From Paraspadella gotoi (taxonomy: Eukaryota; Animalia; Chaetognatha): a stretch of 64,000 nt of DNA. The position numbers and the translations under genes were made by a program. Below, piece by piece: positions 52,170-64,000 of the stretch. Position 1 is the stretch's first letter; every line of letters begins with the position of its first letter. Below the pieces are notes generated by a model. That model was not told where the DNA came from and did not search any database. It worked only from the letters and a program-made list of their open reading frames with translations. The stretch is taken from the NCBI GenBank assembly GCA_051294375.1, contig CM119265.1, positions 24,673,605 to 24,737,604 of the forward strand, written 5' to 3'.

Positions 52170-55100
52170 GGGTCGGGGGAAGTCTGAAACCGACTCTTTG
52201 CCCTTCGATCTATTCTCGCTTAACACAAAACATTTTTTTTTCTAATTTATCCAACGCTCCGTTACCATAACTATGAGTGACCGTCAGCGTCGCATAGCGG
52301 AGGGATTTATTTAAAACTTTTAAGACTTTTCCTTCTGGGCATTTTTTCTCTTCGTTTTTCGCTCTGTCAGTCGCACTTTCGGGCGATGTAACGCCAAATC
52401 TCGCCTGGAATTCGAGACCACGCGGCGGGTCCGATTAGTCCGCCATTATTTTTTTTCCAACGCGGGCCTTGGCAACGCCTGCGGTTTCTTGGTTTTCTTC
52501 AGTATCCTTTTAGCGGGTTTTTTCTCTCCTCTCACAACGGTCAATTGAGAAGACAGAGAGAGGTGAAATTATTTCTGTCCCCAAACGTGCCCGTGCCGGC
52601 ACCTTTCTCTCCTCATTTGTTTTTTTTCCTCTTTCTATTTTTTGAAAAAGATTCTTTTCCTTATCTTTTGCTATTTTTTTCTTCTTTTTTTAAAACTCTT
52701 ATTTTATTCTTGCCCTACCTCGCCCTCTTTTATTTCTTCTATTGCTTCTTCTCGTATTCAATCCTTTACTGTCCTTTTTCTTCCTAGCCTTGCTAGACGT
52801 TGTTCAGATTTTTTCTTCTCTCTCTCTTTTTGCATTCTTTTATTTTTTTTCTTTTCTTTTCTTTTCTTTTTCTGCTCTCTCTTTCTTCTTTTTTCATTCT
52901 TCATTCCTTTCTCCATTCTTTCTTTTCTTCTCTCTTTCTCTTTCTTCTTTCTTTTTCTTTTCTTCTTCTCTTTCTTTTTCCCTTCTCTCTCTTCTCTTTA
53001 TAATCCTCTTTCCTTCATTTACGCTCTACTTCCTTTTCTTCTTTCCTCTATACCTCTCAGCATACAAGCTATTTCTTACGTATTATTATTATTTTCCGGT
53101 ATACCCATATTCTCTCATATCCTTACCCCTTACTCTTTCTTTGTGATTCTCTCCATATCTGTTCTCTATTCCCTCACATTCTATCCTTTTTTCTCAATCT
53201 CATTCTCTTCCTCGACGTACGAGCGTTCTACAGTCACCTCGAGGCGGCCTGCGGCCTCATCATGCTTATACTCAGCTCATTCCTCTAGCCGTTCTCTCTT
53301 TTCTCTCTCTCTCTCTCTCTCATCTCTCTCTCCAATCCGTCTACTCTTCAGGAGACTCGAGGCATGCTCGTCTCTCTCGGTACGAGTCTCCGTCTCACTC
53401 CTCGACGTCGACGCGTACAGACGACCACTTGTATACGTACGACGTCTATCAGCTCTTTAATCGGGTCTTTTGAGATGACGACGATTTGTTTTTTAATTTG
53501 CACGAATAATCCTTTTCTTCACCACCTCTATGACCGTTACACGTTGTTTTCCCATCGTAATAACTTTCACCCAAAATACCGATATAATGTGTGCATCCTT
53601 CATTCCCCGATCTCGACACACCACCTCACTCATTCTCAGGTAGGTTATCGAACTCAGTCCAGAAAGTTTTTAATATGTTGCGTACTAAGTTTGATTTTTA
53701 GATTTATGTAATTATATCAATTTCGACTTATGTTAACGTTGGTTACAAAAGGTGAACACACAGGAACAATGTGTATCATCTCTAGAATATTCGAGAGTAA
53801 TTTGACTCTTTATACGAGGTGAACTCACCTACACACCTTTAATGCATCTTCCACCCCACCCTCAATCATCTTCTCCCCTCCTGCCTCCATACCCTCTCAA
53901 ATCTCCATTCCCCGGAGAATCCAATCATAATCTCTTAAAATTAAATCTTAAATCTTAAATCTTCAAATCTAAACTCTTAAAACTTAAAATGCTTAAATCT
54001 CTTCGAACTTCGGCGATTCTTTTGGCTCGAACTCCAGAAAAAAAATCTTCTCTGCTTAAAAAAAAATGTTCCTCATTCTCTCTTTCTTTCTCTTCATATT
54101 CTCGATTTGCCTATCGCTCTCCTTCGTTCTCTCTCAATCACCTCTGTCCTCTCACTTCTCTCTATCAATTCTCTTCTCATCGTCCTCCTCTCCTCATCCT
54201 TCCCATCTCTCTCTGCTCCCCCGCGCCCCTCTCTCTCTCATCTCTTCTCTCTCTCTCTCATCTCTCTCTCTCTCTCTCCTCTCCCTCTTCTCTCTCTCCA
54301 TCTCTCGCTCTCTCTCTGCCTCCAGTCGTAGAATCTTCTCCTAGAACTGAAAACTCTCCACCCTTTAGCCCCGAGGCATCAGGACTGTCGGCCAAAAAGC
54401 AAAAGGTCCGGCGCCTTCTGCAGACCCCGGCGCCTTCTTTGCACCGGATCCGCTTCTGGATCGGGGTGCCCCCAACTTGTTCTGCCTTCTCAGGCCTCGT
54501 CCGGATTCCGCTTGCTTTAAAGGTGCCCGCCCCGGCAGCCGGTGGCGCCACAGGGCACGTAAAAGCCTCTGCCCTCGGCAATCGTCAACCGGAACCTCAA
54601 AAGAACACATTCACATGTCAGAGGTCTTCACGAGAACCGGCTTTCACTCCTGCTTTTACAATCATCGGACTTCTTCCATCCAACCAGAACTCCCCCCTTG
54701 CCCTTATTCCGATCCCCGGCCACACGCATCCTCCCCCCCGCCCGTCCAAACGTTTCAACGCTGACACCCAGTCTTGCGCCTCATCGTAGACGTGTTCGCA
54801 AAACAGCGCGACTGTGAACCGACTGCCCTCTTAAACATGCCTTCTTTTAATCTCTCTCACCTAGTTCGTGCTACACTCTCAGCAGCGCTCTCCCTCTCTC
54901 TCTCTGCTCCTCGAAAGCTCCTCTCTCTCTCTAGTCTTTTCCTTTGTTCATTGTCCTAGGTCGTTCATTATTGCCTTCCTTTTTCGACTTCTTTGTCTCG
55001 TCGAATAGGCTCCTATCTCTCTCCCCTCTTCTCCATCCCTCGTTCCACTTCGTCTTCTACTCTCGGTCTCTATCTCTGCCTGTGTCTCCATTCGCTTCTC

Positions 55101-55277
55101 TCTCACCCACTTTTCTCTCTGTGTCTCTCTCTCAGTCTACGTCAGCTCCACTCTCGCGTGAATACCATTTCTGCGCACATGGGCGCAGTACCGTCTCTCT
55201 CCCGTCTTGCTTTACCTCGGCAGGCTTCAGCCGACCTAAGCTGTTTCAGGGTNNNNNNNNNNNNNNNNNNNNNNNNN

Positions 55278-55309
<32 letters not shown>

Positions 55310-55440
55310 CAGGCTCAGCCGACTCTAACTGTTCAGTCGTTCGCATTGAGGCTGACAAAGCAGCGACATCTAGAACGGTTAATGGACGACTATGACGACG
55401 ACGACGACGAAGAGAATGATGGCGTCAACTCCGATGAGAG
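52170..55440 (+). other. Insertion-rich direct copy of about 40255-42585; a third partial copy lies at 50865-52030
   Basis: Colinear landmarks: AAATCTCGCCTGGAATTCG, the TTAAATC repeat, GGATCCGCTTC and CGCATTGAGGCTGACA...GACATCTAGAACGGTT. Copies differ mainly by indels and sit among 25-N gaps. Confidence 0.85.
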
Positions 55441-55894
55441 AATATATTTACAATTTAAATAGAAATTTGAAAATAACAATATTATAAATAAATAATTACC
55501 ATTATTATCAAAATAATTATTGTTTTTATCAAGTTCGTTGTTTATTCTGAACTATGATTATGCACAACCTCAAAACAACTGAGCATCGGAAGAGATCAAA
55601 TTCTTTTTCAACCAAACTATTCTATATTTTCTACGTCTACCAATCTATGTACATGTTCATAATCTTATGCTGACTGATTAGAAAATATTAAAGATCGACA
55701 TAAATATTTTCATTATATTTTTCGTTAGATCCGCTCTCTTTTATTCTCTCTCGCAGTTTCTCCTTCATCACTCTGTCTCTGTCTCTGTCTGTCTATCTCT
55801 GTCAGTCTCTGTCCTTCTCTGTCGTTGTCCTCACATCTCATTCTAATTTTGCTCGGAATCGTCCAACGTGAAATATCGACACCGATGAGTCGGA

Positions 55895-56089
55895 GACGAC
55901 GATGACGATGACGACGACGACGACGACGATGACGACGACGATGACGGCGACGACGACCACGACGACGAGGATGATGAAGATAAACACCAAAAGCGCAAAA
56001 AGTATTAAGAATGACAACGAAATTTTAAAAAAAATTAAAGATCAAAATGACGACGACGATAATGATGACGATTCTGCTGCTGCTGCTGA

Positions 56090-56165
<76 letters not shown>
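55895..56165 (+). repeat. Compound trinucleotide repeats (GAC)n, (GCT)n and (GAT)n
   Basis: Directly visible runs. Confidence 0.9.
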
Positions 56166-56166
<1 letters not shown>

Positions 56167-56255
56167 CAGACCGTGATGAAAAAACATTAACGACTGACGA
56201 ATGAACCGAAAGTGAAACTGCAAATGGGCGGTATTCTCACTTCATCTCTTCTCTT

Positions 56256-56332
<77 letters not shown>

Positions 56333-56599
56333 CTCTAGAGTTTTTATTACTTTCCTTAGTTTTGCTTCCTCCGGTCTTGAACATACAGCTTTAATCCTTC
56401 ATACTCATCAACACGTCCTTTTACTTTCCCTCTCGCCTCTACTTTTCTTTTTCCTCCCTTCCCCTTCCCCTCCTCCATCCCCTCCCCCTCCCTCTTCCTC
56501 CCCCACCAAATAGTGTTCCTAAAACGTATTCCCTCACATCTTCTTCAACTTACAGTGTATTTTATTTTAGGAAGAAATGCATTTTTTGTAACTTTTTCT

Positions 56600-57966
56600 T
56601 TCTTTGTCGTTCTTTCTTTATGCTTTAGTTTTCTTTTTTTCCGTCGGCGGCATTGTCGCTCTCTCACTCGAGAGTCAACTACTCGATGCACAGTTCTCTC
56701 CGATCATCTCTCTCTCTCCTCTTTCTCTCTCTCTCTCTCTCTTTTTCGGTCGGTCGGTCGATAAATGTCGACTATTCTGTTTGGTCCCTGTCCTCCTACG
56801 ATACGTTTTCTCGTCTCAACAAATCTCCCTAACCTTTCCCACTTTTTGCTCACAACGAATCTTTAAAGAAATTGTATAAACTAATAAACTAATAATGAAT
56901 TCTCATGCCCAGTGAATGTCAAACTTCCTCACAAGCAATCACGTATCACCCATAAATAAATGTGATAAAGAAAGTCCTGCGGCGTAAACATAATTAGAAT
57001 TACCCGTTCTTGGTTTTTTGGTTTCTTGCACAGTGCAATGATTCTTCCCACAGTGGAAGAGATCAGAAATTTGTATATTTTTTCCCTCTTTCCAATTTTT
57101 CGCTTCGCGATCGATCTGCGTTTTCTTCCTTCTTTTCTTCTGTGAATTCAAAAAATCGCTTTCTTCTCTCTTCTCTTTAATTTTCTTCTCTATCTTTCTA
57201 CTTTCTTCTGCTTTTTTTCTCTCCTCTACCCTTTTAATTTTTTTTACTCTCTTTTAAATTTCCTTGTCTCCTCCTATCTATATTCTCTCCTCTCTATTTT
57301 TTCTCATCTTCCTTTCTATTTTATTCTCACCTTCCTTCCCCCTTCTCCCAAATACTTGGTATTTCCCTATCTACAATTTTCTTCCACCTTCGCCCCTTTC
57401 TTTAATTTTCCTCTCTTCCTCTCTATCCTTTTTCTCTACCTACTATTTTCACCTCTCTTCCTCTCTTTCACCACGGAGTTTTCGAAGGGAAAAAGAGGAC
57501 GATTTTATGGTCCTTCATTCGTGAAGATTTTAACGACCTCATTTGCATGAACGGAGTCGCGGGACCTGAAGACCCGAACACCATCGCGCTTCTCGTCAGC
57601 GGCTATCTCATTCCATCTAGTTGCAGCGTAGATCCCCTTTCTTTCCTTTGTAGTATATTGAATCATTAACAATCCTCTGCCTTTTTAATCCTTAGTTCTA
57701 ATTTCCTGACAACCCTTATTTAACATTCGTCTTCTCTATCTTTCACTTCTACTAGTATTGATATCATCCTACCGTTGATTCTATTTCCTCTCACCTTTCT
57801 CTTTCATCTTCTTGCTTGCATCTTCTTTCCTATCTCTCCTCTTTTCTTTTCTACTTCAACTTACTTTCTCAATATCTCACTTTTCATACAAGAAAAAAAT
57901 CTCGAAGAGTCGACACAGGGTTCTCTCCTCCTTGGCTACAANNNNNNNNNNNNNNNNNNNNNNNNN

Positions 57967-57997
<31 letters not shown>

Positions 57998-59275
57998 GTA
58001 TTCGAAGTATTTGTAGCAAGGAGAGAGAGCAACCTGGTGTCGACTCTTTCGTGATTTTTTTCTTCGTATGAAAAGTGAGATATTGAGAAGTAGTGAAGTA
58101 GAAAAGAAAAGAGGAGAGATAGGAAATGAAGATGCAAGAAAGAAGATGAAAGAGAAAGGTGAGAGGAAATTAGAATCAACGGATTAAGAAGGGAGGATCT
58201 GATGATATCAATACTAGTAAGAAGTGAAAGATAGAGAAAGACGCAATGTTGAAATAAGGGTGTCAGGAAATTAGAACTAAAGGATTAAAAAGGGAGGATG
58301 TGATGATTTCAATACTACTACAAAGTGAAAGAAAGGGGAAGCTGCAACGTGGATTGGAATGAGATGAGCCCTGACGAGAAGGCGAAGGTGTTCCGGGCTT
58401 CTCAGGTCCCGCGACTCTTTCATGCAAATGAGGTCGTAAAAATCTTCACTGAAATGAAGACCATAAAATCGTCCTCTTTTTCCCTTCGAAACTCCGGTGG
58501 TGAAAGAAGAAGAGAGGTGAAAATTAGATAGGTAGAGAAGAAAGATAGAGAGGAAGAGAGGAAAATTAAAAAGAAAGGGGCGAAGAGGGAAGAAAAATGT
58601 AGATAGGAAGATACCAAGTATTTGGGAGAAGGGGGAAGTGAAGGGGAGAAATAATAGAAAGGAAGAGAGAAAAATAGAGAGGAGAGAATTATAGATAGGA
58701 AGAGACAAAAGGAAATTGAAAAGAGAAGAAAGTACAAAGATAGAGAAGAAAATTAAAGAGAAGAAGAGAAAAGCGATTTTGAATTCACAGAAGAAAAGAA
58801 GGAAGAAAACGACAGATCGATCGCGAAGCGAAAATTGAAGAGGGGAAAAAAAATATACAATAATTTCTGTCTCTCACTGTGGGAAGAATCATTCGCCACT
58901 GTGCAAGAAACAAAAACAAGAACGGTAATTCTAATGTGTTACGCCGCAGTGACTTTCTTATCACATTTATTTACGGGTGATCACATGATTATTGTGAGAA
59001 GTTTGACATTCACTGCATGAGAATTCATTATTAGTTTATTAGTTTATCCAATTTCTTTAAAGATTTTCGTGTGAGCAAAAAGTGGGAAAGTTAGGGAGCA
59101 TTTGTGAGGACGAGAAACGTACGTAGGAGGAACAGACCAACAGACTAGTCGACATATCGACCGACCGACCGAAAAAGAGAGAGAGAGANNNNNNNNNNGA
59201 GAGAGAGAGAGAGACGACAATGAAGCCGACGGAGAAACAAAGAAAACTAAAGCAATAAAGAAGAAACAAAAGGAA
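56600..59275. repeat. ~1.3 kb inverted duplication centred on the 25-N gap 57942-57966
   Basis: 56600-57941 is the reverse complement of about 58011-59275, with many indels. Confidence 0.9.
58941..59175 (-). mobile_element. Truncated HINE-like element related to 62257-62609 (family B)
   Basis: Shares CGCAGTGACTTTCTTT...GTGATCACATG and the (GACC)n block. A mirror copy lies at about 56745-56987. Confidence 0.5.
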
Positions 59276-59685
59276 AGAAAAGCTGTAGAGCTTTCTCTCT
59301 TCTCTCTCTCTTTTAAATTATTATATATCGCTCTTTCTCCCTTTCTCTTTTTCTCTGCAGCGCTGTCTCTCATCTTCTCTCCCTTTTTTCATCTCTCTCT
59401 CTCTGTTCTCTCTGTCTCTCTTGTGATTGTGTCTGTCCCCTATCTGTCCGATCTTTTGCGTGATCGGTTTGTTTTTTTTTGAAAAAATTCTGATTATTTT
59501 TTTCCTACTAAAAACTTTTTATTATTGCCCATTTATTTCCGCCGCCTTTTTTTTAATACAAAATCCCATATTTTTTTATTCCGAGATTTTCGATTGGATT
59601 TATTCTCTTTCTTTCTCTTCTCGCTCTCTTCTCTCTCTCTCTTTTCTCTCTTCTCTCTCTTTCTTTCTCTCTCTCTCGCCTCTTC

Positions 59686-59716
<31 letters not shown>

Positions 59717-60235
59717 TTCACTCAATACACGCATTTGTCCTTGTTTTATTGGGTACTATTCATCGCATCAATGAATTGACAATCATCGAATCAAATGAAT
59801 TGACAATTCATCGCATCACTGAATGACTATCATCACAGAGTTGGAATGACTATCATCGCATCAATAATTGATTATCATCGAATCAATAATCAATTCCCTA
59901 TTACCATCAATAAGATTACTATTACATCAATCAGATTAGTATTACCTCAATCAATTACTAGTACATCAACAATTTCTATCGCCATGATTCATTCGTTCTT
60001 TTTCCCGGTTTTTTTTTCATTAATTTTCTATGTAGTGGGCTCTGGCCTCGATCTTGAGTCTTTTTAAGATTTTTTTATTTTATGTTCTCCTTCTCTCTCT
60101 CTCTCTCCTCACCTCTCTCTCTTTTCTCTCTCACTCTCTCTCTAAATCTCTCACTCTCCCTCTTTCTCTCTCTCTCATCTCTCTCTCTTCTCTCTTTTTA
60201 CTGCAATAGCGCACGATCCTTATGCTTTTTAAGAT

Positions 60236-61487
60236 TTTTTTAACTTGCAATCATTTTTCAACTTGCATAATTTTTTTTCAACTTGCCATTCCGTCTAAAA
60301 ACTTTAATATCTAGCTTCTTACTCACCTTTCCTTACCGGCTTACACAAAATTTCATCTCAGATCTATCATGAGGTTAAAATAAATTAAAAAGATTCAAGT
60401 AAAATGTGACTCATATTTTTTTCATTTTTTTTAAACTTTCATTTCCACTGTACGTTTACCACTGAAAACTTTATATTCAAGCTTCGTCATACGTTTTCCT
60501 ACCCACACACAAAATTTCAACTCAATCCTATCCATCCAATTATGATTAATGGAGTATTTATTGGGTTAAAATAAGGTAAAAAGATTTTTAGAAACTTCGG
60601 ACTTATGGTTTTTTCCATTTAAACTAATTTCCACCTCAACACGATTCCAATCGAAATTTTAGTATCCAGCTTGTATCACACACTTTCCTACCCACACACA
60701 AATTTAATTCCATCCAACCAAGCTAATTCACGAGTTATTGGAAGCTTTTTGCTAAGATGGGACGGACTTGGACGTTATTTGATGACTAATTAATTAAAAT
60801 TATTTGATTAATTTATTTACTAATGATTAATTTAACTGCATTAATTATTTGATTTATTTAATACATCCATGCAAGATACATTTTAACATAAAAGGGAAAA
60901 AGAAAGCATAATTCAAATTAGGTAAACAGGTTTTTTTGTTTTTTTTTTTTTTTTCCATTTTAAACTCAATTTCCACTCAAACATTCCATCGAAACTGCAT
61001 TTCCTGTTCAACACACACTTTCCTACCCACATACAAAAATTTCCAGGTCCAATCAGCCCATCCAGCTCATGAGCAAATTGTGTTCAAATGTGAATATATT
61101 TTTTTGGTTTTTTCCACTTTTTTTAAACTCATTTCCACTCGGAGCGATTCCATCGAAACCTTTAATATCCAGCTCAATCAACACCACTTACCTATCCACA
61201 CACAAAATTTTCATTTAAATCCATCCATCCAATCACCGCAGTAATGGTGTTTTTTGCTAAGGTTGGGACGGACGGACGGGACGGAACGGGACGACGGACA
61301 GACGGACGGACGGACATCATTTTTTTTGCATAATTTATCATATATTCGCATGCTTCTGACATGATATAATGTGTATCACCGACACATATTGAGGGGGCTG
61401 ACCGCGACGGACCGAAAAAAATCGTGAGTTATAATAAAAAGGTGAGTTTATTAGAGTCGGGATCTAGCTGATAAGCAGATCCGACCT
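60236..61487 (-). mobile_element. DINE-1/HINE-like Helentron derivative (family A, copy 2) with an expanded internal repeat
   Basis: Same terminal hairpin (AGTCGGGATCT...AGATCCGAC, 61455-61485), (GGAC)n block and TTTTCAACTTGCAT repeats as copy 1. About five copies of the CATTTAAACTCATTTCCAC...CCTACCCACACACAAAATTTCA module. Confidence 0.7.
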
Positions 61488-62256
61488 AAAAAGGAAAAAA
61501 AAATGAAGAAGATGTGAAGGGAAAGCTAAGAACAAGTGGGGGAGGAGAGGAGGAGGGAGGGAGCCGGGGATGGATGGAGAGGAAGGGGAGGGAGAGAAAA
61601 AGAAAAAGTAAGAGGGAGAGAGGGAAAGTAAAAGGGCGGTGATGAGAGTATAGAAGGATAAACTGTATGTTCAAGACCGGAGGAAGAAAATAAGGAAGTA
61701 TATAAAAACATTCTTAGAGGGAGAGAGAGAGGATGAGCGAACGAGAGAGAGAGAGAGCGGTGGAGCCTGAGAGGAAGGAGAGACTGAGATAGAGAGAGAG
61801 AGAGATGAGAGAGGCGAAAGAGAGAGAAATGAGATGACGAGAGATGAGAAAGAGAAGAGNNNNNNNNNNNNNNNNNNNNNNNNNGAGAGAGAGATGAAGC
61901 TTTTTCACTCATTTTCGTTCATTGTCGCTTCCGTCCTCCAACGACGGACGACGACGAAAAGGAAGAAGACAACAACAACAACAACATCAGCGCCTCCTTT
62001 TCCTCGCTTCGTTTTCTCCAAATGGATTTTCGCGCGGAAAAATAAAGGGGAAAAATAAAGGAAAGAAAAGGGAAAATATTGCGACGAAGAGGAAAAGAAA
62101 AGAAGGAAAGAGAAATATTAATGTTGGAGGAAAAAGAGGAAAAAGAGAAATGACGAGTGAAATTGAAAATAAAAAAAAAACGGAGGGTGAAAAAAATTGA
62201 GTAGAGATGAAAGAAAATTGTGTGAAAAAAGAAAAAGAAGATTGGTCTTTCCGATG

Positions 62257-62609
62257 AGTTGCGTCGCAGTGACTTTCTTTTCACGAGTATTTCCCTGTGA
62301 TCACATGTCTATTGACTAGAGTTAACTAGAATTAGTATTAACTATTAACTTTCTTAGCCCGTGTATTTATGAAACGGACTTCATCGGAATTCCGTTTTTT
62401 ATTCTTTATCGTTTTAGGATTTCCTGAAGTTGGCGCTAGCAGTCAGTTAAATTTGATATGTTTTCCTGTCTTAACAAATGAGCGAGTTATGAGCATTTTT
62501 AACATAAATGGGACAGACTAACAGACAGACATACCGACCGACCGACTGACAGACAGACCGACCAAAAAGTAACTTATACAGTTGCTGCGCGAGTACTCGC
62601 GACGCAACT
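62257..62609 (-). mobile_element. HINE-like element (family B), apparently complete
   Basis: Subterminal inverted repeat AGTTGCGTCGC (62257-62267) / GCGACGCAACT (62599-62609), terminal hairpin 62580-62609 with perfect core CGCGAGTACTCGCG, an adjacent A-run and a (GACA/GACC)n microsatellite. Confidence 0.7.
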
Positions 62610-62972
62610 AAAAAAAGGAAAATAAAGAGAAGTTAACCACCAATTTTAGTATTTTTCGAGAAACAAAGTGAATGCGGCGGTCGCACTTTCAATTTATATT
62701 TTGCAGATGAATATATTTCGGTCGGCGATTTGAATAATTTTATAATTTGGGAGGGGCTCATGGTAATTCGTGCAATAATGTGGCAGAGACGAAGTTATTG
62801 AATGATAAAGACTGACCCTAGAGATAATTATATCACTTGATTGATTTAAAAATTTACTTCAACATCACAGCAAATTTGTGAAAGCGTCGCAAATCCATGC
62901 GTTGATTTTTTCCCCAATTTCGCGGTTGAAAATGTAATGAGTAACGCAAAGAAATCTCATGAATCAATGTGA

Positions 62973-63068
<96 letters not shown>
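62973..63068 (+). repeat. (ATT)n microsatellite
   Basis: Perfect trinucleotide run. Confidence 0.95.
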
Positions 63069-63069
<1 letters not shown>

Positions 63070-63333
63070 TTGGAGGCTATCTCCGTGATATTTCGAGTCT
63101 CTCCTCTTAATCTATGGGCGCGTTATCGGAGTTTTTATGATGTCCTGGGGAAATCCAAGACATTAGAACTTTTTCGATATCAACGATGGAATCTTAACAG
63201 TTCTGGATGCAATATCCTTATTTGTAGGAAAATGTTGTAATTTTTGGGTGATCAATTGATGTCTGTGGATTAATACAAACATTTGTAGGGATTCTATAGA
63301 AATCAGAGTAGGAGATTTGTGGGGATTTTATAG

Positions 63334-63446
63334 AAATCTGTGGAGGAATCCAAAGATTTGTGGGTGTTCCATCTAAATCTGCGGAGGAATCCAAAGATTT
63401 GTGGGTGTTCCATCCAAATCTGTGGAGGAATCCCCGATTTCTGTGG
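63334..63446 (+). repeat. 41 bp tandem repeat (~2.7 copies)
   Basis: Unit AAATCTGTGGAGGAATCCAAAGATTTGTGGGTGTTCCATCT starting at 63334, 63375 and 63416. Confidence 0.9.
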
Positions 63447-63529
63447 TCGAAGTCGAAGAGACGACGAATATTTATTTCCTCCTTCGTCGAGTCCTTCGAC
63501 CCGACATCCTTCTCTCCATCACTTTGCCC

Positions 63530-63561
<32 letters not shown>

Positions 63562-64000
63562 GGCTCCTAGTCCTCAATACCTCTCTCTCCTCCTGCTTCT
63601 CCAATGTCTCTCGTTCTCTTCCTGTAGAATATCTCTCTTCTCTCTCCCAATTACTCACACATCTTCTCTCATCTCTATTCACTTGTGTCTATAAATATCT
63701 CTCTCGACGGCGAAGAGAATTTGGCTCAAAGTTGCTTCGATTTATGGATATTCGTCTGAGTCGGGGGATTTAGCGTGGCAGTTTACGTAGCAGTTGCGTG
63801 GCGTTGGCGTGGCGGTGGCGTTGCAATGGCTTGGTGGTGGCGTGGAGGTGGAGGGGCAATGCCTGGCAGTAACGTGGTATTTGCGAGAGGCATAATTATT
63901 AATTAATCAATGTCAAACATACATAAGCAATTTTCCTGATTCCCTCGTTTGATACGTATAAAATATTTTTATTGACTCGTTCAAAAACTTGGCAATTTTT

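Noticed and set aside
55902-56223. Poly-Thr/Ala/Asp and poly-His/Gln ORFs
   Set aside because: Translations of trinucleotide microsatellites with no flanking domain or splice support.
56194-56225. CTGACGA...GAAA as another hammerhead
   Set aside because: No convincing stem II or stem I pairing.
63334-63446. 41 bp repeats as a CRISPR array
   Set aside because: Head-to-tail units without unique spacers, no cas genes, and a eukaryotic context.

Overview
Eukaryotic, AT-rich, repeat-dense scaffold, probably from an invertebrate animal (inference). It contains no intact, recognisable protein-coding gene, rRNA, tRNA or CRISPR array, and almost every ORF in the supplied track is a low-complexity or N-spanning artefact. 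Much of the window looks like long-read gap-filling artefact. There are ten gaps of exactly 25 N, several indel-rich direct and inverted re-copies of neighbouring sequence, and an 11.3 kb poly-T tract sitting where the inverted second copy of the same locus has a ~130 bp (GAAA)n microsatellite. The credible biology is mobile DNA. (1) A 5'-truncated Penelope-like retroelement with a GIY-YIG endonuclease remnant, flanked by inverted copies of its 3' end, each carrying a minimal hammerhead-ribozyme motif (28.9-30.7 kb). (2) A 984 bp fold-back Mutator-like element with a perfect 10 bp target-site duplication. (3) DINE-1/HINE-like Helentron derivatives. (4) Two tRNA-derived SINEs. (5) A dispersed family sharing the terminus GGTTGTACCAATTTCA. 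(6) A small MITE with telomere-like filler. There is also a dense CCAAT-box cluster. I did not find a convincingly novel system; the Penelope/double-hammerhead locus is the best lead. All alignments were done by eye, so boundaries are approximate unless an exact motif is quoted.
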